Source: a virus
Reading direction: 5' to 3' (one strand)
IMG/VR virus record: IMGVR_UViG_3300026521_000527
Coordinates: 32,001-96,000 of that record
DNA: 64,000 nucleotides
Both the position numbers and the translations under genes were made by a program. Under the pieces are notes generated by a model. It made no database searches. It saw only the letters and a program-made list of their open reading frames with translations, and was not told the origin of the DNA. The number at the start of each line of letters is the position of its first letter. Within the stretch, counting starts at the first letter, position 1. Positions 39,565-49,487 of this stretch are shown here, piece after piece.

Positions 39565-39990
39565 TTAGTCTGATCTTGTTGCATAGAACTCCTTTATAAG
39601 TTTTTTCTGTTTTTCATGTGCAACCGTTATTGCATCTAATACGTCTGGAACATGATCATGATATTTTTGATGACAATGTTTGCAAAGCACTATATAATCA
39701 ACTTCTCTTGCGAAATGTTTTTCCATAACCTCTTCAACAATTTGCAAATCAGTATATTCATATAAATCATCAAGATCAATATGTTTCTGAACGCATGTTT
39801 CAAAAATATCAAAGATTGTTAAAGGATGATGATGGGATTCTGGTTTAACATATTCGAAACTTTCTTTGCAGATAGGACATTCCTTTACTGGATATTTTGT
39901 AATTTTTTGCCAGCTCGCATAACTCATACTACCTCTTGCAATTTTTACTAAGTGTTTAATACATTTTACGAAAGATCTTTCATTAGTCAA
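39565..39990 (-). CDS. Zn-binding HNH-like protein
   Basis: CPIC...ESHHHP...IVLCKHCHQKYH. Confidence 0.6.
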   Translation of the reverse strand: MTNERSFVKCIKHLVKIARGSMSYASWQKITKYPVKECPICKESFEYVKPESHHHPLTIFDIFETCVQKHIDLDDLYEYTDLQIVEEVMEKHFAREVDYIVLCKHCHQKYHDHVPDVLDAITVAHEKQKKLIKEFYATRSD

Positions 39991-40025
39991 ATCGTAATTG
40001 TACCAAATATTACTTCCTTTTTTAT

Positions 40026-40877
40026 TTATCCCAAGTATCCTCCTTTTAAATTTATCTCTTTTTTATAAGCACTATTTAATGCGAATTTGAATTTAGTCAA
40101 AGTATTATGATCTGTTGTGATATATTCAATAAATTGATCTCCATCCTCCGAAAGAGACATTATGTAATCATTGTAAATTATTGATCTATTTTTACTAACA
40201 TAAAATTTAAATGAAAATCCTTTTCGGTAGTATCTTTTTTTATTTTCGACATCAATAAAAATAAAAAGAATTTCATTTGTCTTTTTTAGAACTTTTATAT
40301 CAAAAAGAGTTAATTCTAATTCATCAATTATTTCTTGATTTATCTCTTTTAAAAAAGTATTGTCCGATTTGTATTGCTTAAGAAGTTCTTGTTCTTTTAA
40401 ATCCTTTTCTTTTTCAGCAACTTCGAGTGCTTTAGTAACAATTTCTTTTCTATCTTTTGATTTAATATTTATTTTTTTATCAAGTGTTTGGCTTTGGATA
40501 TTTTTAGCCTCATGTATACTTAATGCAGCTTTTGAGTCAATTAACTGACAATCCCTTAACTTATGAAATTCTTCTAACTTATTATCTCGTTGAGGAAAAA
40601 ACTTCCAGGTGTTAAAACGAGAAGCGATTGGATTCCATTTTACCAATAACTGAATAGTTTTTATACTTTCAATTGGATCTGGAATATTAAATAGATCGTT
40701 AAAATATTTGCCGAAAATCCTTGTTAAGTGTGGACTGAACCAGAATTGTTCATGCAAATAAGGTACTATACCATTGAGTCTAGATTTATTAAAAATAAAA
40801 TCTTCTGGTATTTTAGCACCTGAAAAAATTAAGTTATTAACCTGACTAAAAGTAATCTGTTGTGACTTTTGCATCAA
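40026..40877 (-). CDS. Hypothetical protein
   Basis: 283-aa ORF. Confidence 0.7.
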   Translation of the reverse strand: MMQKSQQITFSQVNNLIFSGAKIPEDFIFNKSRLNGIVPYLHEQFWFSPHLTRIFGKYFNDLFNIPDPIESIKTIQLLVKWNPIASRFNTWKFFPQRDNKLEEFHKLRDCQLIDSKAALSIHEAKNIQSQTLDKKINIKSKDRKEIVTKALEVAEKEKDLKEQELLKQYKSDNTFLKEINQEIIDELELTLFDIKVLKKTNEILFIFIDVENKKRYYRKGFSFKFYVSKNRSIIYNDYIMSLSEDGDQFIEYITTDHNTLTKFKFALNSAYKKEINLKGGYLG

Positions 40878-40886
40878 TGACCTTTA

Positions 40887-41570
40887 TCAACTACTTCCGT
40901 AGGTATATGATTTATTATATAATTCTTTAAATTTTTTAACCTCTTTGGAGTACGTAAAAAATTTATCCAGATTTACTGTCTTTGTCACTTTATCGAATTC
41001 ATAATGCCCTAAACAATAATCATTAATATATCTCGGCTCAAAATTAAACCCATAAGTTATTGAATCTCCTTGAATTGAAATCTCAGGATGAGTCTCTTTT
41101 AACTCTTTTAACACTTCTACCGGAATTACCCTAAATTTTACTACAACTTTGGTTTCATCATTAAATTTAACGATATCTGGATTTAATAAAATATAATAAT
41201 CTGCTTCAGTTACTGAAAGACCGGATGGTTTTTTCCTTGGGAGATTCCCAATAGAATTATCTTCTTTATATGTCTCAATAAAAATATTCTTAGATACAAA
41301 GCTTGATATTTTAATTTCCAATTTTGTATTATCAGATAATTGAACATCGAACTCTGGTGCAAATCCTAAAGAATAATACTTAGGTTGAATACCATTGTTT
41401 AATAATTGGCAAAATTTCTTCGAGACTAAAGTCTCAAAGAAATAATCCAAGTATTCTTTATCAGATCTTGTCCAATCAGAAAGAGTTCCAATATTTATTT
41501 TTTTATCTTGAGTCCAGTAGAACTCTTTCATTGCGCAAGAACCTTTACATGACTTTTCGGAGTCTCCCAT
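40887..41570 (-). CDS. PD-(D/E)XK nuclease-family protein (true start probably 41531)
   Basis: PEFDVQL...LEIKIS...NIFIET...KPSGLSVTEADYY; ATGA overlap with the queD stop. Confidence 0.6.
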   Translation of the reverse strand: MGDSEKSCKGSCAMKEFYWTQDKKINIGTLSDWTRSDKEYLDYFFETLVSKKFCQLLNNGIQPKYYSLGFAPEFDVQLSDNTKLEIKISSFVSKNIFIETYKEDNSIGNLPRKKPSGLSVTEADYYILLNPDIVKFNDETKVVVKFRVIPVEVLKELKETHPEISIQGDSITYGFNFEPRYINDYCLGHYEFDKVTKTVNLDKFFTYSKEVKKFKELYNKSYTYGSS

Positions 41571-42136
41571 AACTCAACTCCAGTTACTTTGACATGTTCA
41601 AGATCTTTTAATTTATTAGTAGCTATTCTTAGTAACCAGCCAGCAATATTTTCAGAAGTTGGTATAAAATCGACTAATACTATCCCTTCATATTTTTCTT
41701 TTACAGCTTTATCTTTTTCTTCATCGGACTGCAAATCAATACCTAATTTATTCAGATCTGGTATAAAATATTCATCTATTTTAAATACATTTTTTAACTC
41801 ATTATCCTCAAATAATCTTGGTAATTCATCTTGCAAAAGAGGATCATTTATGTCAAAAAGCATTTTGTGATCCAATACATCATCTATAAAATCTTTCATG
41901 AACCCAATCATTTTAAAGTCTAAAACCATTCCGGTATCTTTTATATTGTCACCTGGAATTGTCTCCTCGAGTAAAATCTTTGCTCTATAAGAATGCCCAT
42001 GAAGATGCCTACAAGCACAGCACGAATCTCCTCTATGAGTATATTTTGTATCAAGAGTTTGACTCCATACCCTATGTCCAGCTTCCCAGTGAAATTCTTT
42101 ATCGATGATTGTTTTTGTAGTTTGTATTCTTTGCAT
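41528..42136 (-). CDS. queD: 6-carboxy-5,6,7,8-tetrahydropterin synthase
   Basis: KEFHWEAGHR, CRHLHGHSY, GMVLDFK, LDHK, PTSENIA, VELWETP. Confidence 0.9.
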   Translation of the reverse strand: MQRIQTTKTIIDKEFHWEAGHRVWSQTLDTKYTHRGDSCCACRHLHGHSYRAKILLEETIPGDNIKDTGMVLDFKMIGFMKDFIDDVLDHKMLFDINDPLLQDELPRLFEDNELKNVFKIDEYFIPDLNKLGIDLQSDEEKDKAVKEKYEGIVLVDFIPTSENIAGWLLRIATNKLKDLEHVKVTGVELWETPKSHVKVLAQ

Positions 42137-42165
42137 AATTTTCCTTTAGCTTTAACTATTTGCTT

Positions 42166-42182
42166 TAATATTTTTATATACT
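42166..42182 (-). promoter_or_regulatory. Candidate promoter motif AGTATATAAAAATATTA
   Basis: Variant of the 1010/29776 motif, 30 bp upstream of queD. Confidence 0.4.
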
Positions 42183-42188
42183 GTTTAA

Positions 42189-42222
42189 CTTGGACTAGAG
42201 TGATTAATCACTCTAGTCCAAG
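42189..42222. repeat. 34-bp perfect palindrome
   Basis: cttggactagagtgatt|aatcactctagtccaag. Confidence 0.95.
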
Positions 42223-42338
42223 GCTAGTTTAAAAATCTTTTATATTGATAAATTTAAAAACATTATGTTGGTTTCTGACTGACTCTTTCTTTTTTGATTT
42301 AATTTTAATTAATTTAAAAAATATTTTATTTATGAATT

Positions 42339-43214
42339 TCATGTGTCTCCTTGTGTACTATTGAATTCATTTCGAAGTCTACCCGAAATATCAACAATTC
42401 TCCTAATTAAAGTAGTTGAATTAAGTATGCCCTTAACTGTATTGACATTCTTTTCCCTAAGTATTTTTTGCAGTTGATGATTGAATCTAGAAATTCTCGT
42501 AAGTCTAGAAACACTTGTAAAAAATTCATGAATCGAAACCCACCAAAGAAATTTTTCATCTTCGGTAAAATTAGGATTCACATGTGAGTTTTCAATCAAA
42601 TATCTCGAATTCCTAAGCAAATTTAAAATTCGATTATACATAAAAGACGATATTACTTCAGTAATTGCATCAACTGTATTCTCCACATTTTCAATCGGCT
42701 CTGTAAATTCTTTAGAAAAAAACTGAGTGAATTCGGCACTAAAAATTGTAATTCTTGCATCTATTCGGTTTGTCAAAATTTGCTCTAATGGGTATAATTT
42801 ACTTGGCCTTTTAAAATTCGGGCTCAGTACTATTAAACCATCTTCTATAAAAGTAACCAACCACTTATGATCTAACCTTAGTAAATTTGACTGCAATTTA
42901 TTTACAGTCATTATTTTCTTGCCATCGAAAAGCTCTTTATGTTGGTATATATTTTCAAAAACAGAATCCAGAATGAATTTAACATCTGCTTCATTTGGAC
43001 CTCCGTATTTGATTTTACCACATCTCCAAGGAGTTAAAACATCAGATAGAACTATCTTAAGCAGTTTTCTAAAAATTTGCGTATTGTATTTAGACTGAGC
43101 AGCTGATCTAAAAGCTATTTTTATTTTGAATTCATTATCTGAATAAAGTGCCTCAATAATCATATCAATTAGCTTATCTATTTCTACGCCACTTTCAGTT
43201 GCTATTCTACTCAT
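42339..43214 (-). CDS. Hypothetical protein, paralog of 43207..44148
   Basis: IKIAF...SKY..QIFRKLLK...HKELFDGKKIMT...NLLRLDHK.L..FIEDGLIVLSPNF. Confidence 0.75.
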   Translation of the reverse strand: MSRIATESGVEIDKLIDMIIEALYSDNEFKIKIAFRSAAQSKYNTQIFRKLLKIVLSDVLTPWRCGKIKYGGPNEADVKFILDSVFENIYQHKELFDGKKIMTVNKLQSNLLRLDHKWLVTFIEDGLIVLSPNFKRPSKLYPLEQILTNRIDARITIFSAEFTQFFSKEFTEPIENVENTVDAITEVISSFMYNRILNLLRNSRYLIENSHVNPNFTEDEKFLWWVSIHEFFTSVSRLTRISRFNHQLQKILREKNVNTVKGILNSTTLIRRIVDISGRLRNEFNSTQGDT

Positions 43215-44148
43215 TCATATCCTTTTCTTTAAAACTTTTAAAATTCAAATCTTCTTTTGTATATTTTAACATTGATTCAGCAACTAGAGAATTCAATTCT
43301 ATTAAATTTTCTGTTAATGTTTCCGGGCTGTCTTTTATTGGACTTCGATCAATTAAAAAAGTAGTTCTAAATAACCGTTGAATTTTTTTATACCCCAAAA
43401 AATTATTTAAAAACTTCTGTCGATGTAAAAATATATGAGTACCGGCCTGTTTTTTTTCTAGGATCATTATATCTTTTGATAGATATATATCTCTAAAAAG
43501 TGATATATTTTCATTAGTATTATTTATAAAATTTAAAATAATATCTTTTACTTCATTGAATGTGTAAATTGCGTCTCTCCCAGTTGGTCCACCGAAATTA
43601 ATAAACCCAAAATCATAAAATATTTGATTTAGATTTGCAGCCATACCGCCGGTTGATGTTGCCAAATCATCTGTCTTTTTTGATCCACCATAAATTGAAA
43701 ACTTTTGGCTAATTTCGAGCAATCCACTATCAAGCATTTCTCTAAGAAGTTTATTATCAATAATCAATAAATTATTTCCTGGAGAGTCGAAAGTTGTAAT
43801 TTTTTTACTATCGAATAAATGTTTTCTGGAAAGAACTTCTGCAGCAATAGTATTTACAACTAATTGCTCATTTTTAAATTTTTCAATAGGCGTCCAAGTA
43901 TTTGGTAAATTATCAACTTGCGCATTTGAATTTACTACAAACTTTTTAAGAGCTTCTCTAATTGTCGTTCTTTTTAAAGTCAAAAGTTTAAAAAGTTTTC
44001 TAAGGATTTTTGTAGCGTGTTTTGACGAGGTAATCTTTTTAAAAGCCATTTTAATTCCAAGAACTTCACCTCTTAATAGTGAAGTTGATACTAAAAGAAG
44101 AAGTTCATCTTCAGTTGGCTCCATTGTTGATTGGCTAATTGTACTCAT
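43207..44148 (-). CDS. Hypothetical protein, paralog of 42339..43214
   Basis: IKMAF...SKH..KILRKLFK...RKHLFDSKKITT...NLLIIDNK.L..MLDSGLLEISQKF. Confidence 0.75.
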   Translation of the reverse strand: MSTISQSTMEPTEDELLLLVSTSLLRGEVLGIKMAFKKITSSKHATKILRKLFKLLTLKRTTIREALKKFVVNSNAQVDNLPNTWTPIEKFKNEQLVVNTIAAEVLSRKHLFDSKKITTFDSPGNNLLIIDNKLLREMLDSGLLEISQKFSIYGGSKKTDDLATSTGGMAANLNQIFYDFGFINFGGPTGRDAIYTFNEVKDIILNFINNTNENISLFRDIYLSKDIMILEKKQAGTHIFLHRQKFLNNFLGYKKIQRLFRTTFLIDRSPIKDSPETLTENLIELNSLVAESMLKYTKEDLNFKSFKEKDMNE

Positions 44149-44166
44149 GTTTATCCTTTGATTAAT

Positions 44167-45390
44167 TTACTCTATAATTCCGTTTTTAATGCCAGATCCA
44201 TCATAATAAGATGAAATGATTTTTTTAACTTCATTATGAATTTCAAATGTTTCTGTTGCAACATCACTCTTTAAAATTTTTAGAAGACGTTTGATTAAAG
44301 TTAGATTATTAACCATTTCATTCGCTAGTCGACCTAGATTAAATACTGGACTATATCTTTTAAAGTCATCAGATGTCCAATTCATTAATTCTTCCAATTC
44401 GATATTGTCTACAAGTTCATCTGCGAAATGCATAACACTTTTTATATTCAATGAAATTATTTCGACAAATGTTTGATTTGAAACATTTCCTTGAATTAAC
44501 TCATTCTTGAATTCATTAATTTCGTCTTCTGTTAAACTATCAAACTCACTATGATGTTCAATCATTTTTGTCATTTCATTTAAATCATTTATCACATCAA
44601 ATGACATATCTGTTTTCAATACCATTGGTGTTTTATATTTTATCGGACTAAATCGAATAACCTCTGAACTATCCATAGTAATTTCTATATCAAAAAGTTT
44701 TTCGAGTATTCTTCCAGTAATTAAAGCAACTCTTGAACTCTGACCAAGCATATGTATATGTTTCGGTTTTATTCCTTTTTTCTGCAAATATGTCATTAAC
44801 CAGATTGTCATTGGCACGAAATGATTAAAATGAACTCTAGTTTCAGACTTTAATCCAACCAGGCCGCCGAATGAATACCTATCAAAATATTTATAACATT
44901 CGGTTGAATCCATTAATTGAAGCCAATCGTCGAGTAATTCTGGTGTCCTACTCTGAACGACAAAAATCTGTTTATCTCTAAGTTCAGAATATTTTTTATG
45001 CAATAAAATACTTTCAGTTATACTGTACTCATTGTACTTTAAAATTTTTGATTTATTAAACTTAGGATTATTTATATCCAGAGTAAAAATATAATCAATA
45101 TTGCCCCTAAATTTTTCAAGAATAAAATGATAAACATCAGTGTATTCTCTTAATCTTCTTTCTGTTATATGACCAGTAATTATCTGATATCCACCACTAT
45201 CCAAATATAATTTCATATTCGGTAATCGTTTGACTTCAATTTTATTCATCTGGCGGGCAATATCTTGTAAACTCCAACCACGAGCTGTGGTTGGTTCGGC
45301 TATCGAAACTAGATAATCATCAAAATGATGAACAACTGGTTTTATAGTTGATTCGGAAGGTGCGACACCAAGAACTGCAACATATTTCAT
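44167..45390 (-). CDS. dpdA: TGT-fold transglycosylase, DpdA-like (7-deazaguanine insertion into DNA)
   Basis: LYLDSGGYQ, FTLDI, FVVQ, SFGGLVG, HIHMLG, TMDSS in TGT-barrel order; no CxCxxC Zn site of tRNA TGTs; co-occurs with folE/queD/queE/gat-queC. Confidence 0.75.
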   Translation of the reverse strand: MKYVAVLGVAPSESTIKPVVHHFDDYLVSIAEPTTARGWSLQDIARQMNKIEVKRLPNMKLYLDSGGYQIITGHITERRLREYTDVYHFILEKFRGNIDYIFTLDINNPKFNKSKILKYNEYSITESILLHKKYSELRDKQIFVVQSRTPELLDDWLQLMDSTECYKYFDRYSFGGLVGLKSETRVHFNHFVPMTIWLMTYLQKKGIKPKHIHMLGQSSRVALITGRILEKLFDIEITMDSSEVIRFSPIKYKTPMVLKTDMSFDVINDLNEMTKMIEHHSEFDSLTEDEINEFKNELIQGNVSNQTFVEIISLNIKSVMHFADELVDNIELEELMNWTSDDFKRYSPVFNLGRLANEMVNNLTLIKRLLKILKSDVATETFEIHNEVKKIISSYYDGSGIKNGIIE

Positions 45391-45816
45391 TTAGATCCTT
45401 TCATTATCCCAAACTAAAGTTTTAATTTGAAATCTTTTTAAAATATTATTAAAAATATTATAGAACTCTCTATCAACACTTATCTCTATTATTTCCTCAT
45501 CAGAACCTCCGGATAAAATTTTTAAAGTTACTTTGTGTTCAAAAACAACCTTTACCGCAATTGATTTAATTATATCAATCGCTTGTTTTATTTCATCATC
45601 ATTTATAAGTACAGAAATATCTGTTTTTTCCCACGGCCATTTTTCTTCATTAATAAAAATCAAACCACCTTTTGAATATCCAAGAAATCCTTTTAATTCC
45701 TGAGTTGAATGTCTCTGTAGATTAAAATTTTTATCAACTATAAGAATATCATTAATTATAAAAGGAACTAGATTATTTTTTATAGTTCCTTGATCGCACT
45801 CTTTAAATTCTTGCAA
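45391..45816 (-). CDS. Hypothetical protein
   Basis: 141-aa ORF abutting dpdA. Confidence 0.7.
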   Translation of the reverse strand: MQEFKECDQGTIKNNLVPFIINDILIVDKNFNLQRHSTQELKGFLGYSKGGLIFINEEKWPWEKTDISVLINDDEIKQAIDIIKSIAVKVVFEHKVTLKILSGGSDEEIIEISVDREFYNIFNNILKRFQIKTLVWDNERI

Positions 45817-45830
45817 ATATATTCTCCTTT

Positions 45831-47378
45831 TTATTTTACTAATAAACCTTCTTCAAGAGATATCTGAATACCTTGAACACCTTTTAATGGAATACCACCT
45901 TGTGTCATAATCCAAAAACTAAATACATTTTTAAAGATTTCAGCATTATACACCTGTTCGATATCACTATAGTTATCACTGAATGATAAATATGTAAATT
46001 TTAATTTAGGATGTTTTTCTTTAATATCGAGAATTGCATCAAAAACTTCTTTATGACTTGTACCTCCACAAGCAATCCTTTTTTGAATAAATTCAGAGAT
46101 ACTTAATTTATCATTCTTTTGGAATCTTTTAATTTCAGCAATTTTATGATCATGAATAATTATATCAACGAACACTGTTTTTTCAACAAGTTCATTAATT
46201 ACGAAATTTATTTTTTTAAGATCAGAATCAGACATTGAGCCACTTTGATCTATCGATATTATCGCAGCAAGATTATCCTCATAATAAATTCTACCAGGCA
46301 TTGGTGAAATATGTCTAAATTTAGATTTTAATTTCCCCCAGGTTTGATCACTCTTATTCGTATGGTGTCTTACTAAAGCCTGCAAGCTTCCTTTTAATAA
46401 ATGAAACCAGTCAACTGGAACTTCGTAATCAACACCAAGATCTCTAAGGGTTCCAGATGAACTGGAACCAGGTTCTCTTGTTTTATCTAAAAGATCTTTA
46501 TATGCCCTCTCAAGCATCTCTTTAGCCTCGTTATCAATGTTCTCACCGTTTGATCCATTTAAATCATCTTCATTTTCACCAAAATTCGGTTTTCCTTCAA
46601 GTTCAAGAAGGGTTGAAGTATTCCCCATAACTGTAATTTTCGTCATCGTACCTAAACCGTCTATTTTGGTACACTCGATTTCAGCATCTTTTAAAATACT
46701 TTCAAGAATTTCGACTTGTGATAATTTATTTGGAGATAAATTTTTATCGTAGAGTCCATTGAAGTTTTCATTATATAATGAAAACATATGACCTTGTCGC
46801 GCTTGTTCAATTAAGTAACCATTAATATAATAATCAAAAGCGTAATTAAGAATTTGATGCATGGCTTTTTCCGGAATATCAGGACGCACTCTTTTTATGA
46901 CTTTTTTATATTTAATATTTAAATAAAAATCATAATGTCTGTTCATAATATGTAGAGTTTCATGTAAATATATAAAAGCAACTTGCGCAGTAACTTTTTG
47001 ACTATATAGCGCAATTTTAAAAAAATCATCCCAGGATTCATCTTCTTTTTTAGATAATGTTATGTTTACAACTAACTCATTTGATTTATTTTTATCAGTT
47101 TCTGCTTTGATAAATCCACCAATCCTAAAATCATCATAATCAAAATTTTTATTTTGAGAAATATGTTTTGGGTTTTTTTCAAATGCTTCCTGCATCTGAG
47201 CAAGTTCTGCGTTTGAAGTCTCGTGAAATTCAAATTTCACTGGCATCAACATCAATAACTCAAGCAAATCTGGATTGCTTGAGTATGCTGATTTCATAAT
47301 AGGGACTGATTTTACCATCAGTCTACTAGTCATTGCGCTATATTTTTTAATTAATTTATATTGGTCTTCCGATATCAT
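45831..47378 (-). CDS. DUF2201-like metallopeptidase-VWA protein
   Basis: YLHETLHIMNRH (HExxH) and IISIDQSGSMS (MIDAS DxSxS), GGTSH; follows a MoxR-like ATPase. Confidence 0.85.
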   Translation of the reverse strand: MISEDQYKLIKKYSAMTSRLMVKSVPIMKSAYSSNPDLLELLMLMPVKFEFHETSNAELAQMQEAFEKNPKHISQNKNFDYDDFRIGGFIKAETDKNKSNELVVNITLSKKEDESWDDFFKIALYSQKVTAQVAFIYLHETLHIMNRHYDFYLNIKYKKVIKRVRPDIPEKAMHQILNYAFDYYINGYLIEQARQGHMFSLYNENFNGLYDKNLSPNKLSQVEILESILKDAEIECTKIDGLGTMTKITVMGNTSTLLELEGKPNFGENEDDLNGSNGENIDNEAKEMLERAYKDLLDKTREPGSSSSGTLRDLGVDYEVPVDWFHLLKGSLQALVRHHTNKSDQTWGKLKSKFRHISPMPGRIYYEDNLAAIISIDQSGSMSDSDLKKINFVINELVEKTVFVDIIIHDHKIAEIKRFQKNDKLSISEFIQKRIACGGTSHKEVFDAILDIKEKHPKLKFTYLSFSDNYSDIEQVYNAEIFKNVFSFWIMTQGGIPLKGVQGIQISLEEGLLVK

Positions 47379-47388
47379 TTTAAATCCT

Positions 47389-48576
47389 TTACATTAAATC
47401 AGTCATTGATGAGCAAATTAAATCAATAAGTTCATTGTCATCAGAATCCATTAATAAGGATGCGAGTTCCTCAACAGGTTCTTTTATTGGATGATCTTGA
47501 TTTTTATTAACCATTGTGTTTAAAATATTGTATTCATTAAGAAGAGTAGATACAAATGTTCTTTTATCTTTATTTGCATTGATTAAATCCAAAATAAATT
47601 TTGCATCTTTTTTAGTATTCATATACCTAATTACAAATCCTGTTAAAATTTGCTCTGTTAAATCATCACTAACTTCAAATACTTCACCTTTTTTTATCTT
47701 AGCGCTAAAATTATATTTTTGAAATAGCTTTGAGTGTTTTATAAACTCTCTTGTTGCTTCATCACCCACTCTAGATGCACTTGCAATCCTAGTCATTCTT
47801 AAGAACTCATCTTCATCTCTTGCATTTTCTTCAAGAACTTCCAAGAATGTACTTAACTCAGTCCACGATCTTGGAGATGGCGAAACGGTATCCATCTCAT
47901 TTGCACCTAATAATAAATTCATATTTGAATTATCTTTGGTAAATGATGCTATAAGTGGATGCAAAGTTGCTCCAATTTTATCATACCAATAATCTCTATC
48001 AAATTTAGCTGAATAAATACTCATTCTATCAAGGACTGCTTCATTAAATCCTTCAAAGCCAGCACTTGAACTTATATTCATAGCCGCAACCAAATAAGCC
48101 TTTTCGGGTAATCTAAAATTCTGAAGTGTTTTATTCTGGAAAAATTCAAATAAATACTTTTGAGTATACGGTTCAACTAGATGTAAATCATCTAAAAGAA
48201 TTATCAAACCATCTTTTCCATTTGCAAGAGCATGTTCAGTTTTAAGCATTATAATTCTTACAATATCAGACATTGTCCATTCAGTAACTTTGACTTCATC
48301 TAATTCAATTAATGAAATATCTTTATTGATTTTAATTTTATTAAAATCAGGAAGACCTGAGAACCATTCCATTGGTAGCGCACCAAGTGACATAATTAAA
48401 CAATCTGTATTCATTTCTTCAGCTAGAGCTTTTATTGAAGCACTTTTACCAATTCCTGGATCACCTGCAATTGCTGGTACTAGATTGCTTTTTTTACTAG
48501 CTTGCGCAATAATCTCAAAACGCATAAGCTCCATAACTTCTCTTAAAAAATAATTTTGCCCTTTAAATTGTGCCAT
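47389..48576 (-). CDS. MoxR-like AAA+ ATPase
   Basis: GDPGIGKS (Walker A), IILLDDL (Walker B variant), VAAMN, AVLDRM, PSPRSW. Confidence 0.85.
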   Translation of the reverse strand: MAQFKGQNYFLREVMELMRFEIIAQASKKSNLVPAIAGDPGIGKSASIKALAEEMNTDCLIMSLGALPMEWFSGLPDFNKIKINKDISLIELDEVKVTEWTMSDIVRIIMLKTEHALANGKDGLIILLDDLHLVEPYTQKYLFEFFQNKTLQNFRLPEKAYLVAAMNISSSAGFEGFNEAVLDRMSIYSAKFDRDYWYDKIGATLHPLIASFTKDNSNMNLLLGANEMDTVSPSPRSWTELSTFLEVLEENARDEDEFLRMTRIASASRVGDEATREFIKHSKLFQKYNFSAKIKKGEVFEVSDDLTEQILTGFVIRYMNTKKDAKFILDLINANKDKRTFVSTLLNEYNILNTMVNKNQDHPIKEPVEELASLLMDSDDNELIDLICSSMTDLM

Positions 48577-48639
48577 TATATATTCCTTTTATTTTTTTGA
48601 TTTTAATTTTATTATAATAAGTTTATGGGTTGTAGTCTT

Positions 48640-48729
48640 TTCAAAGAGTTCGGAAATGATTAAAATCATTTCCCTTTATCTAGTCAATTAAAAATTGACT
48701 AGAGTTATGTTCCAACATAACTCTTTGAA
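48640..48729. other. Nested multi-hairpin intergenic element
   Basis: Outer ttcaaagagtt/aactctttgaa enclosing ggaaatgatt-aa-aatcatttcc, tctagtcaatt-aaa-aattgactaga and agagttatgtt-cc-aacataactct. Confidence 0.8.
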
Positions 48730-48972
48730 TTAATTTTTATGTAGATCTTTTACAAAGACACCTTTATTCGATTTCCACCAGACTATTAGTCCAAAAATCA
48801 TCCCGATTGAAACCGTAATAATTCCAAAATAATCCTCTTGTTTTAATGCCAAAACTAACCACATACAATCAGCTATAAAGTATAAAAAAACTGATTTTAG
48901 TAAATCGCCTTTATTTAAAAAATAAGCACCTAGTATTAAAAATATTCCACCTATAGTAGCTGGCTCAATCAT
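48730..48972 (-). CDS. Small 3-TM membrane protein (PnuC-like half transporter, tentative)
   Basis: Three hydrophobic segments, CMW and IVWWK tryptophans. Confidence 0.55.
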   Translation of the reverse strand: MIEPATIGGIFLILGAYFLNKGDLLKSVFLYFIADCMWLVLALKQEDYFGIITVSIGMIFGLIVWWKSNKGVFVKDLHKN

Positions 48973-49487
48973 AGTGTTTTTTCCAACTCTAAAGTGTTTA
49001 ATGACCCTATAATGAAATCTAATTTTTCATCAATTGTTTTTTGACGCTGTTCTATTTTATCAATTTTAATATTTATTGATTCGATATCAGTTCTTGTCCT
49101 TGATAGATTGCCCATCTGTTCAGTAGCTATGCCTCGTAGATGTGCAATAGACCTATGCAAACTATCTAATGAATTATCAATTCTGGCTGGATTTAATTCG
49201 GATGTTCGTTGATAATAATCGGCTCTAGCTTGAGCTGATGACATTTCTTCACATAATCCACCCCACATATTCATATACCTTCTTGAATTATATTGATTAT
49301 TTATCATTTCATTGATATTGTCAAGAGTCACACTTGTAGTTTCTTCAGATTGATTATCTTCAGTTACTTGTGTTTCTTCAGATTGATTATAACCCAAATC
49401 ATCAAGTGTTATTGTATTGGCTGATAAACCTCTCATATTTTCTCCTATAAAAATTAAGCACAGAAGGTGCAGGCTATGTTGGTTCAA
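48969..49487 (-). CDS. Hypothetical protein (true start probably 49436, MRGLSAN)
   Basis: SD AGGAGA at 49441-49446; C-terminal coiled coil. Confidence 0.65.
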   Translation of the reverse strand: MNQHSLHLLCLIFIGENMRGLSANTITLDDLGYNQSEETQVTEDNQSEETTSVTLDNINEMINNQYNSRRYMNMWGGLCEEMSSAQARADYYQRTSELNPARIDNSLDSLHRSIAHLRGIATEQMGNLSRTRTDIESINIKIDKIEQRQKTIDEKLDFIIGSLNTLELEKTL

